64,000 bases of DNA from an uncultured Elusimicrobia bacterium (lineage in GTDB: Bacteria > Elusimicrobiota > Elusimicrobia > F11). Positions within the stretch are counted from its first letter, which is position 1; each line of letters opens with the position of its first letter. The DNA lies in assembly GCA_964405835.1 (NCBI GenBank), contig CAYOPN010000002.1, positions 24,571-88,570 of the forward strand, written 5' to 3'. The position numbers and the translations under genes are program-made. This document shows positions 1 through 9,594 of the stretch, piece by piece. Below the pieces are notes generated by a model, which saw only the letters and a program-made list of their open reading frames with translations, did not search any database and was not told the DNA's origin.

Positions 1-556
1 CCTTGTTTTGCGCGTCGTTCTGGTTCAGCAGTTTGAATTTATCCTGGATGCCGAGGTAGACCACATGCATTGACTTGCCCTGGGGCGCGAGATATTTTTT
101 CACGTCGGAAAGCGTCCAGTCCGTGTCCGCAATGATCGCGTCCGCGCGATGGACCGACGGCGGGATCAAGATTTTGTTGACCAGCAAATTCATTGGCTTC
201 ATGGTTTTCGGAAAAACGTAATGGACCAGATCGTGCACGGTCAGCACCGCTTTTATTTTTGAAGGCAAAAGGACCGGCAGTGTGTGCTGGGTCCCCCAAA
301 AAACGTCCACCTTGTCATGGGAAAGGGCGAGAGGCAGTTCGGTTTGCATCCACAACGTGCCATAGCGAGCGATGCTCCCCGGACGTTTGGAAAAATTCGG
401 CCCCGGCAACTCATAATCAAAATCTTTGTGGACATACAGCAGGTATTCGTTTTTTTTGTCGATACGGGCCAGCGCGGAAAGCAGGCTGCGCACGAACATC
501 GGGATCCCGCTGGTTTGTTTTTCGCGCAACGGCCGCGCGTCAATGCCGATACGCAT
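1..556 (-). CDS. Glycosyltransferase, GT4/RfaB-like (GT-B fold), 5' part only; gene runs off the left edge
   Basis: Not in the ORF track because there is no stop inside the window. My minus-strand translation from the ATG at 556 reads MRIGIDARPLREKQTSGIPMFVRSLLSALARIDKKNEYLLYVHKDF...DVFWGTQHTLPVLLPSKIKAVLTVHDLVHYVFP. This is the usual N-terminal half of GT4 enzymes. There is a 1-nt gap to the flippase stop at 558. Confidence 0.7.
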   Translation of the reverse strand, partial: MRIGIDARPLREKQTSGIPMFVRSLLSALARIDKKNEYLLYVHKDFDYELPGPNFSKRPGSIARYGTLWMQTELPLALSHDKVDVFWGTQHTLPVLLPSKIKAVLTVHDLVHYVFPKTMKPMNLLVNKILIPPSVHRADAIIADTDWTLSDVKKYLAPQGKSMHVVYLGIQDKFKLLNQNDAQNK

Positions 557-557
557 A

Positions 558-1805
558 TTAGGAAGCTTCGCCAGGTCGCCAAACGGCGCGGCGACCAAGT
601 CTCCATTGCCGGAGCAGCGATGCCGATGTAATGACCAGCCGGAATGATTCCGCGCCAATCAAGGCGTAGGCCGCGCCGAAACCGCCATGGGTCGGCACCA
701 ACACGACATTCAAAAGAAATCCCACAATAAACGCGAGCCCTTCGTTCAACGCGTGGCGCTTCTGCAAATCTAGAACGACCATAAGATTGGTCACCAGATA
801 CGTCAAAAAGACCAATGCGCCGGCAATGCCCAGCAACGCCAGGTAAGGCGCGGCGGCAATGAAGCGCTCCCCATAAAGCATCCGGGTGACAAACGGCGCG
901 CCCACATAAAGAAAAACCCCCCAAGCTAGGGCCGCCCCCACCATACCGGCCGCCAACCGGCGCGCTTTTTTCATGAACGTATCCCGTCCAACCTGCAACG
1001 CCGCCGACAGATGGGGCACCGAAATACTCATGATCGCGGCTGGAAACAGATAAGAAATCTCAAACACGCGAAACGCCGCCGAATATTCTCCGACCGTTTG
1101 CGCCGCCCAATACCACGCCATAATAATTCCACCGATCCGGATGTACCAAAGCCCAAACGCGGCGCCGACGCCGAGCGGAAAAGCCGTTATGAATATCCGC
1201 TTCCATTCCGTTTTTTTACCCCGCCAGGAAACCGACATACCGAGCGTGCGGTGCGACCGCCAATTCGACACCAGCGATCCGATGACGGAACCAAGCGACA
1301 ACCCAATCAATACGCCGGGCAGTGTCGGGAAAAACAAAAGCGAGATGGCCACACCCGCCAACACGAACAGGCGTTGCACCACCATGACGTCCCGCGCCAC
1401 GTCGATGCGGCCGAGACCGTTGCACACGAACTGGTTGAAGTCGAGCAGCGAGTTCGAAAGCATCCAAACGAAAGCGAGAAACAACAACCAAGGACGGTCC
1501 CATTGCCAGAAAAAAAACCCGGCACAGCAGAACAAGAGCGTCGTTCCAAACAGCAGAACTAGCTTTAACTCAAAATAGTCGGCCCACTTCTGCCCCTGCT
1601 CTTTAACGAGTTGTGGGCCAATGCCCATGTCGGTGAACACATAAAAAATCTGTGTGATGACAACGGCCGTGGCGAATTTTCCGAAATCCGAGGCGCCCAA
1701 CGCGCGCGCGATCAGGACATTGATCAGGAAAAAAATCCCGCGCGACCCCACGTCCAGCACCATGCGCCAGCTGACTTTCTCCAAGAAAGACGACGGCGCG
1801 GTCAT
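558..1805 (-). CDS. Polysaccharide/oligosaccharide flippase, MOP superfamily (Wzx-like)
   Basis: Track ORF 558..1823. Polytopic hydrophobic protein with the N-terminal pattern SRGIFFLINVLIARALGASDFGKFATAVV typical of Wzx/polysaccharide-biosynthesis-protein family members. Start moved to the ATG at 1805 (MTAPSSF), which gives an ATGA overlap with the upstream stop at 1802. Confidence 0.7.
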   Translation of the reverse strand: MTAPSSFLEKVSWRMVLDVGSRGIFFLINVLIARALGASDFGKFATAVVITQIFYVFTDMGIGPQLVKEQGQKWADYFELKLVLLFGTTLLFCCAGFFFWQWDRPWLLFLAFVWMLSNSLLDFNQFVCNGLGRIDVARDVMVVQRLFVLAGVAISLLFFPTLPGVLIGLSLGSVIGSLVSNWRSHRTLGMSVSWRGKKTEWKRIFITAFPLGVGAAFGLWYIRIGGIIMAWYWAAQTVGEYSAAFRVFEISYLFPAAIMSISVPHLSAALQVGRDTFMKKARRLAAGMVGAALAWGVFLYVGAPFVTRMLYGERFIAAAPYLALLGIAGALVFLTYLVTNLMVVLDLQKRHALNEGLAFIVGFLLNVVLVPTHGGFGAAYALIGAESFRLVITSASLLRQWRLGRRAVWRPGEAS

Positions 1806-2647
1806 CTGGAGGCCGCCACCCAAATCGTGTTGTAGAAATTGACGCCGAACACTTTGTTAAGCAGCGAATGGAATGCGTAATAGGTTTTGTGGGCCCACAA
1901 CTTGAATCCCGACACCGCGAAATATGGATCAAGCGAGGCCTCGACAACGTTAAAACCCAACCCCTCGAGTGAACGCACCAGGGACGCCGTCGTAAATTGA
2001 GACAAATGGATTTCGTCCACGCTGCCGTCCAAAACAATCGGTGGAATCCCGAATTTTCCGATCTTTCGCTTGAGGTTGCGCAAGCGCAACTCCATGGACT
2101 TCAAATCGTTCGGCACCGCAACAATCAACATGCCATTCTCACTGAGCAGCGACTTGCATTTTTCGAGCACGAAGCGCGGATCGTGAACATGCTCCAGCAC
2201 ATGGAACAACGTGATGTTCTCGTATTTTTTATTGAAATCGAGCTCTTCTATTGTCCCCTGACGGATGCTGAGGCCGTACTTCTCGCGCGCGATGGCGATG
2301 GCGCTCGAGGAAATCTCAAGTCCGTCCACTTCTTCGAAATCCTGGCGGGCCTTGTGCAAAAGTTGGCCGATGCCGGCGCCCACGTCGAGCAATTTCCCCG
2401 GGCGTTTCACACGACGGATTTTCTTGAGCCGGCGGCCCCACAACACGTCGCGCGCTTCTATTTGATCAAGCCAGACATCGTATTTGGAGGGTTTCGAATA
2501 ATATTGTTTGAGGTCGGAGAGACTGGGACGCGGGCTCACAAAAACATAACCACAGTCGCGGCATTCCACGAGATGGGCGGTCTTGTCGAGGTCGGAAAAA
2601 TTCTTCGATGCGCAAAAATTACACTTCTCGACAGTTTCGACTGGCAC
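1802..2647 (-). CDS. Class I SAM-dependent methyltransferase with N-terminal Cys4 zinc ribbon
   Basis: Track ORF 1802..2911. The first 88 residues are Arg-rich and overlap pdxA, so they were rejected. GTG at 2647 gives VPVETVEKCNFC...CRDCGYVF (zinc ribbon), then LLDVGAGIGQLL (SAM motif I) and ITLFHVLEHVHDP. The start codon is uncertain. Confidence 0.75.
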   Translation of the reverse strand: MPVETVEKCNFCASKNFSDLDKTAHLVECRDCGYVFVSPRPSLSDLKQYYSKPSKYDVWLDQIEARDVLWGRRLKKIRRVKRPGKLLDVGAGIGQLLHKARQDFEEVDGLEISSSAIAIAREKYGLSIRQGTIEELDFNKKYENITLFHVLEHVHDPRFVLEKCKSLLSENGMLIVAVPNDLKSMELRLRNLKRKIGKFGIPPIVLDGSVDEIHLSQFTTASLVRSLEGLGFNVVEASLDPYFAVSGFKLWAHKTYYAFHSLLNKVFGVNFYNTIWVAASR

Positions 2648-2649
2648 GT

Positions 2650-3555
2650 TTATTCCCCCGCCATTTTGGCCGCCAACTTGATCGCGTCGACGAGGCTCTC
2701 TTCGGACGCTTTCCCCTTGCCGGCGATTTCGTAGGCCGTGCCGTGTGCGACCGACGTGCGCACAATTGGAAGTCCCAGCGTCACATTGACGCCGCGAACC
2801 AGTGTATTTTTCCCGGTGGATGAGAACGACGAAAGTTTGATCGGAATCTGGCCTTGGTCGTGGTACATCGCCACGCCCGCGTCGTACACGCCGTCGCGCA
2901 CGAGCGGCCACACCGTGTCGGCGGACAGCGGACCTTCGGCGCGGACCTTTTTTTGTTTTGCTTTTCGGATGGCGGGCGCGATCACGGTCCGTTCCTCTTT
3001 GCCGAGCAACCCGCCGTCACCGGCATGCGGATTAAGACCACAGACCGCGATACGCGGATTTTTGATTCCCATTTTTCGAAGCGCTTGATGGGTCAACAGA
3101 ATCGTTTCGAGCACGCGCGAAACGGTCAATGCCGACGCCACCTTCTTCAAGGGAATATGCGACGTTACGTGGACGGCGCGCAGTGGGCCATGCACGAGCA
3201 TAAGCGCCACGCGCCGGGCCCCCGTAAGTTTGGCGAACATTTCGGTGTGTCCAGTAAATTTCTTTCCCCACCCGCCCATGCGGAACGACTGTTTGTTGAT
3301 CGGCGCCGTGACCACGGCATCTATTTGTTTGGTCAGCGCGGCTTGAATGGCGGCTTCAATGTAGATACCGCTGGCTTTGCCGTTGGCGGCGGTGGCAACG
3401 CCGTAACGGAAACTTTTATTGGAAGGAACACCGAGATCGCCGAAGGTGACGGGAACGCAGATCTGGAGGACATCGGGACGATGGAGGGCCTTACGGACAA
3501 TCTCCGGTCCGACGCCTGCCGGATCCCCGATGGTTATGCCGATGCGCGGCTTCAC
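2650..3555 (-). CDS. pdxA: PdxA-family NAD-dependent 4-hydroxythreonine-4-phosphate dehydrogenase-like oxidoreductase
   Basis: PdxA-family motifs: MKPRIGITIGDPAGVGPEI, GLNPHAGDGG, MYHDQGQIPIK, GLPIVRTSVAHGTAYEIAGKG. GTG start in a GTGA overlap with the kpsF stop (3552). Confidence 0.8.
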   Translation of the reverse strand: MKPRIGITIGDPAGVGPEIVRKALHRPDVLQICVPVTFGDLGVPSNKSFRYGVATAANGKASGIYIEAAIQAALTKQIDAVVTAPINKQSFRMGGWGKKFTGHTEMFAKLTGARRVALMLVHGPLRAVHVTSHIPLKKVASALTVSRVLETILLTHQALRKMGIKNPRIAVCGLNPHAGDGGLLGKEERTVIAPAIRKAKQKKVRAEGPLSADTVWPLVRDGVYDAGVAMYHDQGQIPIKLSSFSSTGKNTLVRGVNVTLGLPIVRTSVAHGTAYEIAGKGKASEESLVDAIKLAAKMAGE

Positions 3556-4529
3556 TTCGCGGAGACAAGGCCTTTTCGGACCAAATCGTGCAAATGGACC
3601 ATGCCGACGGAGCGATGCTTGCGGTCGATGACGGGCAGGACAGTAAGTGGTTTTTTCCGCGTTTCCATGATTTCCAGCGCGCGCACGGCCATTTCGTCGG
3701 AGTAAATAAAGATGGGGCTGGGATTCATGATCTGACGAATTTTCACGTTGCGGATTGCCAGGCCTTTCGCGAACGCCTGCCGCACGTCATAATCGGTGAC
3801 AAGCCCCACCATGCGGCCCTTTCCATTGACCACCGAGACCGCGCCCGTCCATTTGCGTGACATTTCGATCAAAAGATTGGTCATTGAATCGTTCACGTTG
3901 GCAACCGGGTTGAGATCTCCCGCGCGCATCACATCGGACATTTTCAGCAGGAGCCGCCGCCCCAAAAGCCCGCCCGGATGGTACAGCGCGAAATTTTTCT
4001 CGTTGAAACCGCGCATTTTCATAAGCGCAATCGCGATCGCGTCGCCGATCACGAGCGATACCGTCGAACTGGTCGTGGGAGCAAGATTTAATGGACAGGC
4101 TTCGCGTTTGATGGGGACCGCCAATACAATGTCTGATTGATGGGCCAAGGTGGAATGGCTTTCGGCCGTCAGGCACATGATTTTGGCCCCGATCTTCCGG
4201 ATTGCGGGCAGGATACCCAGCAGTTCTTCGCTTTCACCGGATTTGCCGATCGCGAACACCACGTCGTGCTTCTGCAAAACGCCGAGGTTGCCGTGCATGC
4301 CTTCGACCGGATGAAGGAAGATGGCGGGCGTGCCAGTGGACGAGAGCGTGGAGGCGATCTTTTGGGCGATCAAGCCGGATTTTCCGATGCCGGTGACCAC
4401 CACCTTGCCTTTGCAGCGGTAAAGAATCTTAACGGCTTTATCGAAAGATCCATCGATCGATGTTTTTGCCTCAAGCAGGCTTTTTGCCTGGGTGCTGATG
4501 ACGTCTTTTATTTCACTGCGAATGTTCAT
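3552..4529 (-). CDS. kpsF: Arabinose-5-phosphate isomerase, KpsF/GutQ type (SIS domain + CBS pair)
   Basis: SIS motif VVVTGIGKSGLIAQKIASTLSSTGTPAIFLHP, then a C-terminal tandem CBS region (VMRAGDLNPV...GAVSVVNGKGRMVGLVTDYD...LPVIDRKHRSVGMVHLHDL). This is the full KpsF/GutQ architecture. Confidence 0.85.
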   Translation of the reverse strand: MNIRSEIKDVISTQAKSLLEAKTSIDGSFDKAVKILYRCKGKVVVTGIGKSGLIAQKIASTLSSTGTPAIFLHPVEGMHGNLGVLQKHDVVFAIGKSGESEELLGILPAIRKIGAKIMCLTAESHSTLAHQSDIVLAVPIKREACPLNLAPTTSSTVSLVIGDAIAIALMKMRGFNEKNFALYHPGGLLGRRLLLKMSDVMRAGDLNPVANVNDSMTNLLIEMSRKWTGAVSVVNGKGRMVGLVTDYDVRQAFAKGLAIRNVKIRQIMNPSPIFIYSDEMAVRALEIMETRKKPLTVLPVIDRKHRSVGMVHLHDLVRKGLVSAK

Positions 4530-5892
4530 ATTGGTCCTTGCCGGCAGGGGCGGCCATGAGGGCCAATATTCCCCAAAAAAAGAAATTTACTTCAAAGTTT
4601 TTGATGTGGGACCCGAACATAAACGAAACCAACAGGCCGCAAAACCCGGCGAAAGCGCCCCATTGAACAGCGGTTTTGCGCGCGCATTGTAAGAATTCCA
4701 CGCCGAACGAGCCAAGAAGAAATAAAAAGGCCAGTAGTCCAATCATCCCTTGTTCGGCAGCCACTTGCAGATATTGATTTCCCGCATTGTCGTTCACAAT
4801 CTGCTGGATCTTCTCACGGTGGCGCGGCAATTCGATCATGTAGCGACCAAGTCCGCATCCGATGACCGGCGCGTTGCCTATCAAGGCAAATGCTCCGCGC
4901 CACATGTCGCGCCTATTTCCAACCAGGGTCGAAACGGACAATTCTCCGGAGAGCACCGAACTAACGTCCATCAAGAGATAATGAGTACGGAGATGGCGTC
5001 CCGACGCGGCAAACCAATACGTTGTTGCGCCGATGGCAAGTCCAAACACGACAACAAGCGCGGCCATTGCTGCGGCCAGCCGCGGACGTTTTAGAGCGGC
5101 ATATGTAAAAAATACCACCCCTCCCACGGCCGCAGCAATGAACGCCGATCGCGACCCCGAAATGAACAGTAAGAACATCAAAACGCCCCCCCACAGACAC
5201 ACCTGGCGGACCCGAGCAAGCGCAAAGAGAAAGGAAAAAAACAGGGGAAGGAGCAAAGCGCAAACCATTGCTTGCGCGTTGGAATCAGAGAAAAAGCCAT
5301 TGTACTGCGGCCTACCGCTCAAAATAAATGCCGATACCGTTGCAAAAGAGGTGAGGCCAAAATATTGCGCCATGCCGATGAAGATGGGAACGGAAAATGC
5401 CCAGAAGAAATCGCGTGGACAAACACCATGTTCTTTAAACAATCGATAAACAACCGGGCCGGAAAGAACGTAACAAAAATCAAGCGCAATCCAACCCAAC
5501 GCGTTTGATAGAGGGAAAGCCTTATAACCGAAGCTTTTAATACCGGCGACAAATACAGAAAATAACGCGACGCCAACAAACGTACGAGTGGCCAAGGGAT
5601 AAAAAAAACCTTCTTCATTTCGCCGGGAAAGGTTTTCCCCGGCGACTCCGGCATACAAGACGGCCAACATGACTGGAACACCGCGTACATCCGCCAACAA
5701 ATTCAAGAGACCGGTGAGCGGGACCATAAAAATAAGGAACTGAAGAATGCGCTTGGGATATCGAAGCGAAAAAATCAGCCCCGCGGTCGACGCAAATGCT
5801 GTGAAACCAAAAGAACGAAACCCCGAATTCATGGCAATGGCCAGGCAAACAATCCAAGCGGCCAAAGACACCCCGGCCTCAATCTTTCTCAA
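4513..5892 (-). CDS. O-antigen ligase/polymerase family (Wzy_C) polytopic membrane protein
   Basis: Multi-span protein with Wzy_C-like core SGSRSAFIAAAVGGVVFF ... RRDMWRGAFALIGNAPVIGCGLGRY ... NAGNQYLQVAAEQGMIGLLAF. TTG start in a TTGA overlap with the upstream stop (5889). Confidence 0.65.
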   Translation of the reverse strand: MRKIEAGVSLAAWIVCLAIAMNSGFRSFGFTAFASTAGLIFSLRYPKRILQFLIFMVPLTGLLNLLADVRGVPVMLAVLYAGVAGENLSRRNEEGFFYPLATRTFVGVALFSVFVAGIKSFGYKAFPLSNALGWIALDFCYVLSGPVVYRLFKEHGVCPRDFFWAFSVPIFIGMAQYFGLTSFATVSAFILSGRPQYNGFFSDSNAQAMVCALLLPLFFSFLFALARVRQVCLWGGVLMFLLFISGSRSAFIAAAVGGVVFFTYAALKRPRLAAAMAALVVVFGLAIGATTYWFAASGRHLRTHYLLMDVSSVLSGELSVSTLVGNRRDMWRGAFALIGNAPVIGCGLGRYMIELPRHREKIQQIVNDNAGNQYLQVAAEQGMIGLLAFLFLLGSFGVEFLQCARKTAVQWGAFAGFCGLLVSFMFGSHIKNFEVNFFFWGILALMAAPAGKDQYEHSQ

Positions 5893-7022
5893 GCTGACGC
5901 CTTTTCAAATATATGGGCCATTTCGTTCGCCATTTTTTCTATCGAGAAACGATCTGTGACAGTCTGGTTCGTTGCGCCTATACGCGACCGCAACTCCGCG
6001 TTCTCTATCAAGAGAAAAATCTTTTCAACCATGCCGGCCACGTCGCCGGACCGGACGAAAAAACCATGTTCGTCATCACGAAACACTTCCGGAAGCGCTC
6101 CCACCGGCGTCATAATCACCGGCAACCCGGCGCCCATTGCCTCAAGCACAGCCACCGGGAAAGCCTCGGCGTAGGATGGTTGGACAAAAATATCGGCGGC
6201 AGCAAAAAATTCCTCCTTTTTCTTTCCCGTCACAATGCCGTGCAAATGAAAATTTTTCGGGTATTTCTTTAACAACTCAAGCCATTTGTCCCATCCTGAG
6301 GACGCGTCTTTGACAACCGAACTCACATTTCGCTCGACGTCCAGGCGCTCGCCCGCGAATTCGAACCGGGCCCCGGGATATTTTTTTAGGACGGCCTCGG
6401 CAGCAGCCAGCAAATCATAAAAACCTTTGGCCACCGACAAGTGGCCCATATAAGCAATAACAGGCGCTGATTTTTCCCCTATAAGCCGACGGGACTTTGA
6501 GGACGACGGCGGGCAAGCATTGTAAACGACCCGCACGTCGACTCCTGGCAACATCGGGAGAACATCTTGCGCAATCGAATTCGAACATACAACAACCGTA
6601 TGGATCCGCTGCAAATTTCGAACAAAGTACCGTCGGACGGGCCCTGACAGGGATTGAAGGTATTCCGGCAGCTTCGAGCCATGCAAGTGGGCCACAACAG
6701 GAACGCCAAAAAGCCGACAGGCTTTAAGGTAGGCGACATCGCGCGCAAGACCTGAAGCATTCTGAGAAAGCGTCATATACACAACACGTGGACGTTGAAA
6801 CACGAGGCGAAACGTGAGTTGCGCGGCAATCGACAGGACACGGATGATTCCCCGGAGGTCCCACGCCCCTTTTGCGGCGTTCGATGAGCGCACGTTGCTT
6901 TTCAAAATACGCAGGTCGAACCGCGCTTTCAACTCGGACCCGACCAGCAAGGAACTGATCTGCTCAACGCCGGCCCACGGGGGCGGCAAAGGAACGACGA
7001 ACAACACCCTTGGGCGGTTCAA
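5889..7022 (-). CDS. Glycosyltransferase family 4 (GT-B)
   Basis: RVLFVVPLPPPWAGVE N-terminus. C-terminal GT1/GT4 signature FVQPSYAEAFPVAVLEAMGAGLPVIMTPVGALPEV. TTG start in a TTGA overlap with the upstream stop (7019). Confidence 0.8.
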   Translation of the reverse strand: MNRPRVLFVVPLPPPWAGVEQISSLLVGSELKARFDLRILKSNVRSSNAAKGAWDLRGIIRVLSIAAQLTFRLVFQRPRVVYMTLSQNASGLARDVAYLKACRLFGVPVVAHLHGSKLPEYLQSLSGPVRRYFVRNLQRIHTVVVCSNSIAQDVLPMLPGVDVRVVYNACPPSSSKSRRLIGEKSAPVIAYMGHLSVAKGFYDLLAAAEAVLKKYPGARFEFAGERLDVERNVSSVVKDASSGWDKWLELLKKYPKNFHLHGIVTGKKKEEFFAAADIFVQPSYAEAFPVAVLEAMGAGLPVIMTPVGALPEVFRDDEHGFFVRSGDVAGMVEKIFLLIENAELRSRIGATNQTVTDRFSIEKMANEMAHIFEKASA

Positions 7023-7861
7023 GTAATTTCTTGGTTGGCCAATTCGGACGAGGTTTTTTTCTTCAATCTGACTTTGAGCTTGAAATAATCCAGCATAACC
7101 AAGTACACGAAAATAAAATTATCCACCCAGTAACGGCGCCACAGCCGAATGGGCTCTTGTATATAACGAAAAAACCATTCCATGCCGATGTCTTGGATCC
7201 AACGCGGCGCGCGTTTGGCGCGCCCAGCGATCACGTCGAAACTTCCGCCGACGCCCATACAGAATGGGACATTTAATTTACTGACGTTGTTCGACATCCA
7301 ATATTCCTTTTTGGGAGAACCCATTGCGACAAAAAGAATATCCGCGTTTGACGCGGCAATATGGGAAACAACACGGTCATTGTCTTTATCAAGAAAATAC
7401 CCGTCCTGCGCGCCGGCAATGACCAGCCCCGGATATTTTGTCTGGACATGTTTCACCACCGCATCGAGGACCCATTGCATGGCCCCCAAGAAATAAACCC
7501 GGTAATGCCGTTTGTCCGCCTCAATAAATAAGCGTTCCATTAAATCAATGCCGGTGACGCGTTCAGGGATGGGCCTGCCAATCAATTTCAACGCCCAAAC
7601 CACGGACTGGCCATCGGCATTGATCAACGCGCACGAACGAACAATTTCTTTGAGCGCCGGGTCGCGGTGCATTAACACCACTTTTCCGGCGTTTATCACG
7701 CAATGTTGATGAGGACGCCGGTCCTGCACAATTTTATGGACTTCCGTGACCGTATCTTCCAACGAAAGATTGGCGACCGGGCAATCCAACAAATAAACGT
7801 TCTTATTAAAAAGATAAGAGGTCTGCGGAAGGGGCGGGGGTTGTTTCAAAACGGAGTTCAT
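7019..7861 (-). CDS. WecB/TagA/CpsF-family glycosyltransferase (GT26)
   Basis: Family-typical GIDLMERLF...YRVYFLGA...VVKHVQTKYPGLVIAG...DILFVAMGSPKKEYW...GVGGSFDVIAGRAKRAPRW. ATGA overlap with the upstream stop (7858). Confidence 0.8.
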   Translation of the reverse strand: MNSVLKQPPPLPQTSYLFNKNVYLLDCPVANLSLEDTVTEVHKIVQDRRPHQHCVINAGKVVLMHRDPALKEIVRSCALINADGQSVVWALKLIGRPIPERVTGIDLMERLFIEADKRHYRVYFLGAMQWVLDAVVKHVQTKYPGLVIAGAQDGYFLDKDNDRVVSHIAASNADILFVAMGSPKKEYWMSNNVSKLNVPFCMGVGGSFDVIAGRAKRAPRWIQDIGMEWFFRYIQEPIRLWRRYWVDNFIFVYLVMLDYFKLKVRLKKKTSSELANQEIT

Positions 7862-9594
7862 AGACGGAGCCTAAAGAAATAAAAGACAAAAATAAAGCAA
7901 CCAATAAAGAACGGCGGGACCAAATAAAAAATATACGGGGCCAACACCTTGCGAAAGAAGCTTTTTTGTTTGACCTCCTGCTCAACCGAGGCGCTGGAAC
8001 TTGGCACGTCATATTGGCGCCGGAGCCACGATTCCAAAACACCTGCCTTGTACAACGCGAAACATCCTTCGCCCAATGTATTGCCTTGAAACATTGCGGG
8101 AAAAGAAAGTAGACAAGGTGAAGCATCATGCTTTTGAAAATAAATAAGCACCGCTCCTTCTTTCCCAAATTTCTCAAAAAACAAGCTGATGCCTGACCTT
8201 AACGCCGACCGCGATGTTTCGCATCCGGCAACATTCAAGATCTCGACATTTTCTTTGGGGACCGGCGCTCCGAGGTACCGCATGTACAGGTCTGGAACGG
8301 GCAATAACCAACATTGGTCAGATAACACCAACACAGGCCGGTTATAGGACTTCGCCTTTTCGAAAAAAGAAAACTGCGGAGAATAATTCATTGGTGTGCT
8401 GCGAAAACTATTCCAGGCGGCCGCACAATCCCTTCGAAATCTCTGAAAATCATCCACGGAAAAGTGAATGGCCAATCCCGCCACCAACAGTGCGATAGCG
8501 ACAAATATCGCCCGCCCAAATCGGGGCAGATATTTCCTCAGGGAGAAGGCCATGCTGTCCAATCCGATTAAAAAAAAGACAATTGTCGGCGCCACATAAG
8601 CGATCAAATAGCGCTCCTGCATTGGAAACACCGACCTGGCGGTGAATATCAAATGAACAAAATACAAGGCCGGGCCGGTAGCGAATCCCGTAATCCATCC
8701 CAAATATCGCTTGTGACGTTCCGGATGAAATAAGCCCATGATAGAAACGGCGGCATACAAAGGAAGCGGCAAACGGACCCATTGCCAATGCTGCATCAGT
8801 GAATCCCATGACATTCTCCATTTCCAGGACAAGGCATCATTGGATTGCGGCGGGGTGAAGAACATACTGTAAAGCGGATAAACGTTGATAATAATAGTGA
8901 CCGCTAAAACGGAGATGGTGCCTGCCACCAAAATAAGCGCCCACCATTTCTTTTTCTCCTTCGCCAAACCATGAACAAAAACGGCGACAAAGAGCAGCGC
9001 GGCGCTCCCAATATAAGGCCATGCGAAAAAATGGGAGTTCAGCCCGGCAGTAAACGCCGCCAAATAGAACCACAATGCCTTATAGAGGTCCCCGGCATTT
9101 AATTTTGAAAATGCGGTCCCAAACCCCAATACCGCCAGCAACGACATCAAACTTGAGAAGGAATAACACTGCGCCTCATAACTAAAACGCGCTTCAAGTC
9201 CACAACCAAAATAAAGCACAACGCCGATGACGCCGATCTCTTTAAATCGGGTTCCGGGCCAAAATAAAACCAGCAAGAGGGAGAGCCCCGAATAGAACCA
9301 CGGAATGAGCGAGAAGCCGGTTTCTGTTGGTGTGATTAATTTAAACCAACCCCATTTTTTGATCGCAAAATCAGCGACGGGCTTATAGAAATAACAAGTG
9401 GCCCGGCTTAAGTCGTGGAGTGAATTGGGTGCGGAAAGATAAACGTGGTTATTGCAAACCTCGTCTCCCCAAAGCAGATTATGGACCCCACCCAATCTGG
9501 AAGTCTGAGAAACACAAACGAAAAAAAGGCCGATCGCGACAAAGGCTATATTTATCCAGTAATGCCCTTTATTGGCGGCGTCGCGCCAGAACAT
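7858..9594 (-). CDS. Large polytopic membrane protein, possibly GT-C-fold glycosyltransferase
   Basis: 578 aa with more than 10 hydrophobic segments and a soluble C-terminal region. An acidic WGDEV motif follows the first helix, as in the first periplasmic loop of GT-C enzymes. Sits directly downstream of a DPM1-like GT2. Function is inferred only. Confidence 0.45.
   Translation of the reverse strand: MFWRDAANKGHYWINIAFVAIGLFFVCVSQTSRLGGVHNLLWGDEVCNNHVYLSAPNSLHDLSRATCYFYKPVADFAIKKWGWFKLITPTETGFSLIPWFYSGLSLLLVLFWPGTRFKEIGVIGVVLYFGCGLEARFSYEAQCYSFSSLMSLLAVLGFGTAFSKLNAGDLYKALWFYLAAFTAGLNSHFFAWPYIGSAALLFVAVFVHGLAKEKKKWWALILVAGTISVLAVTIIINVYPLYSMFFTPPQSNDALSWKWRMSWDSLMQHWQWVRLPLPLYAAVSIMGLFHPERHKRYLGWITGFATGPALYFVHLIFTARSVFPMQERYLIAYVAPTIVFFLIGLDSMAFSLRKYLPRFGRAIFVAIALLVAGLAIHFSVDDFQRFRRDCAAAWNSFRSTPMNYSPQFSFFEKAKSYNRPVLVLSDQCWLLPVPDLYMRYLGAPVPKENVEILNVAGCETSRSALRSGISLFFEKFGKEGAVLIYFQKHDASPCLLSFPAMFQGNTLGEGCFALYKAGVLESWLRRQYDVPSSSASVEQEVKQKSFFRKVLAPYIFYLVPPFFIGCFIFVFYFFRLRL

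Noticed and set aside
253-924. 223-aa minus-strand ORF and several plus-strand ORFs (193-561, 284-631) at the left edge
   Set aside because: They overlap the GT4 gene (1-556) and the flippase (558-1805), which have coherent family-like sequences. The alternatives are Cys/Arg-rich nonsense-like sequence.
6961-7030. Apparent 1-nt discrepancy between my manual position count and ORF-track coordinates around 7010-7022, which could have indicated a frameshift
   Set aside because: Codon content (TTG AAC CGC... for the GT4 start; ...ATT ACT TGA for the GT26 stop) and frame lengths in the track are internally consistent. Coordinates re-synchronise at 5889 and 7858, so this is most likely my counting error. 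I used the track coordinates.
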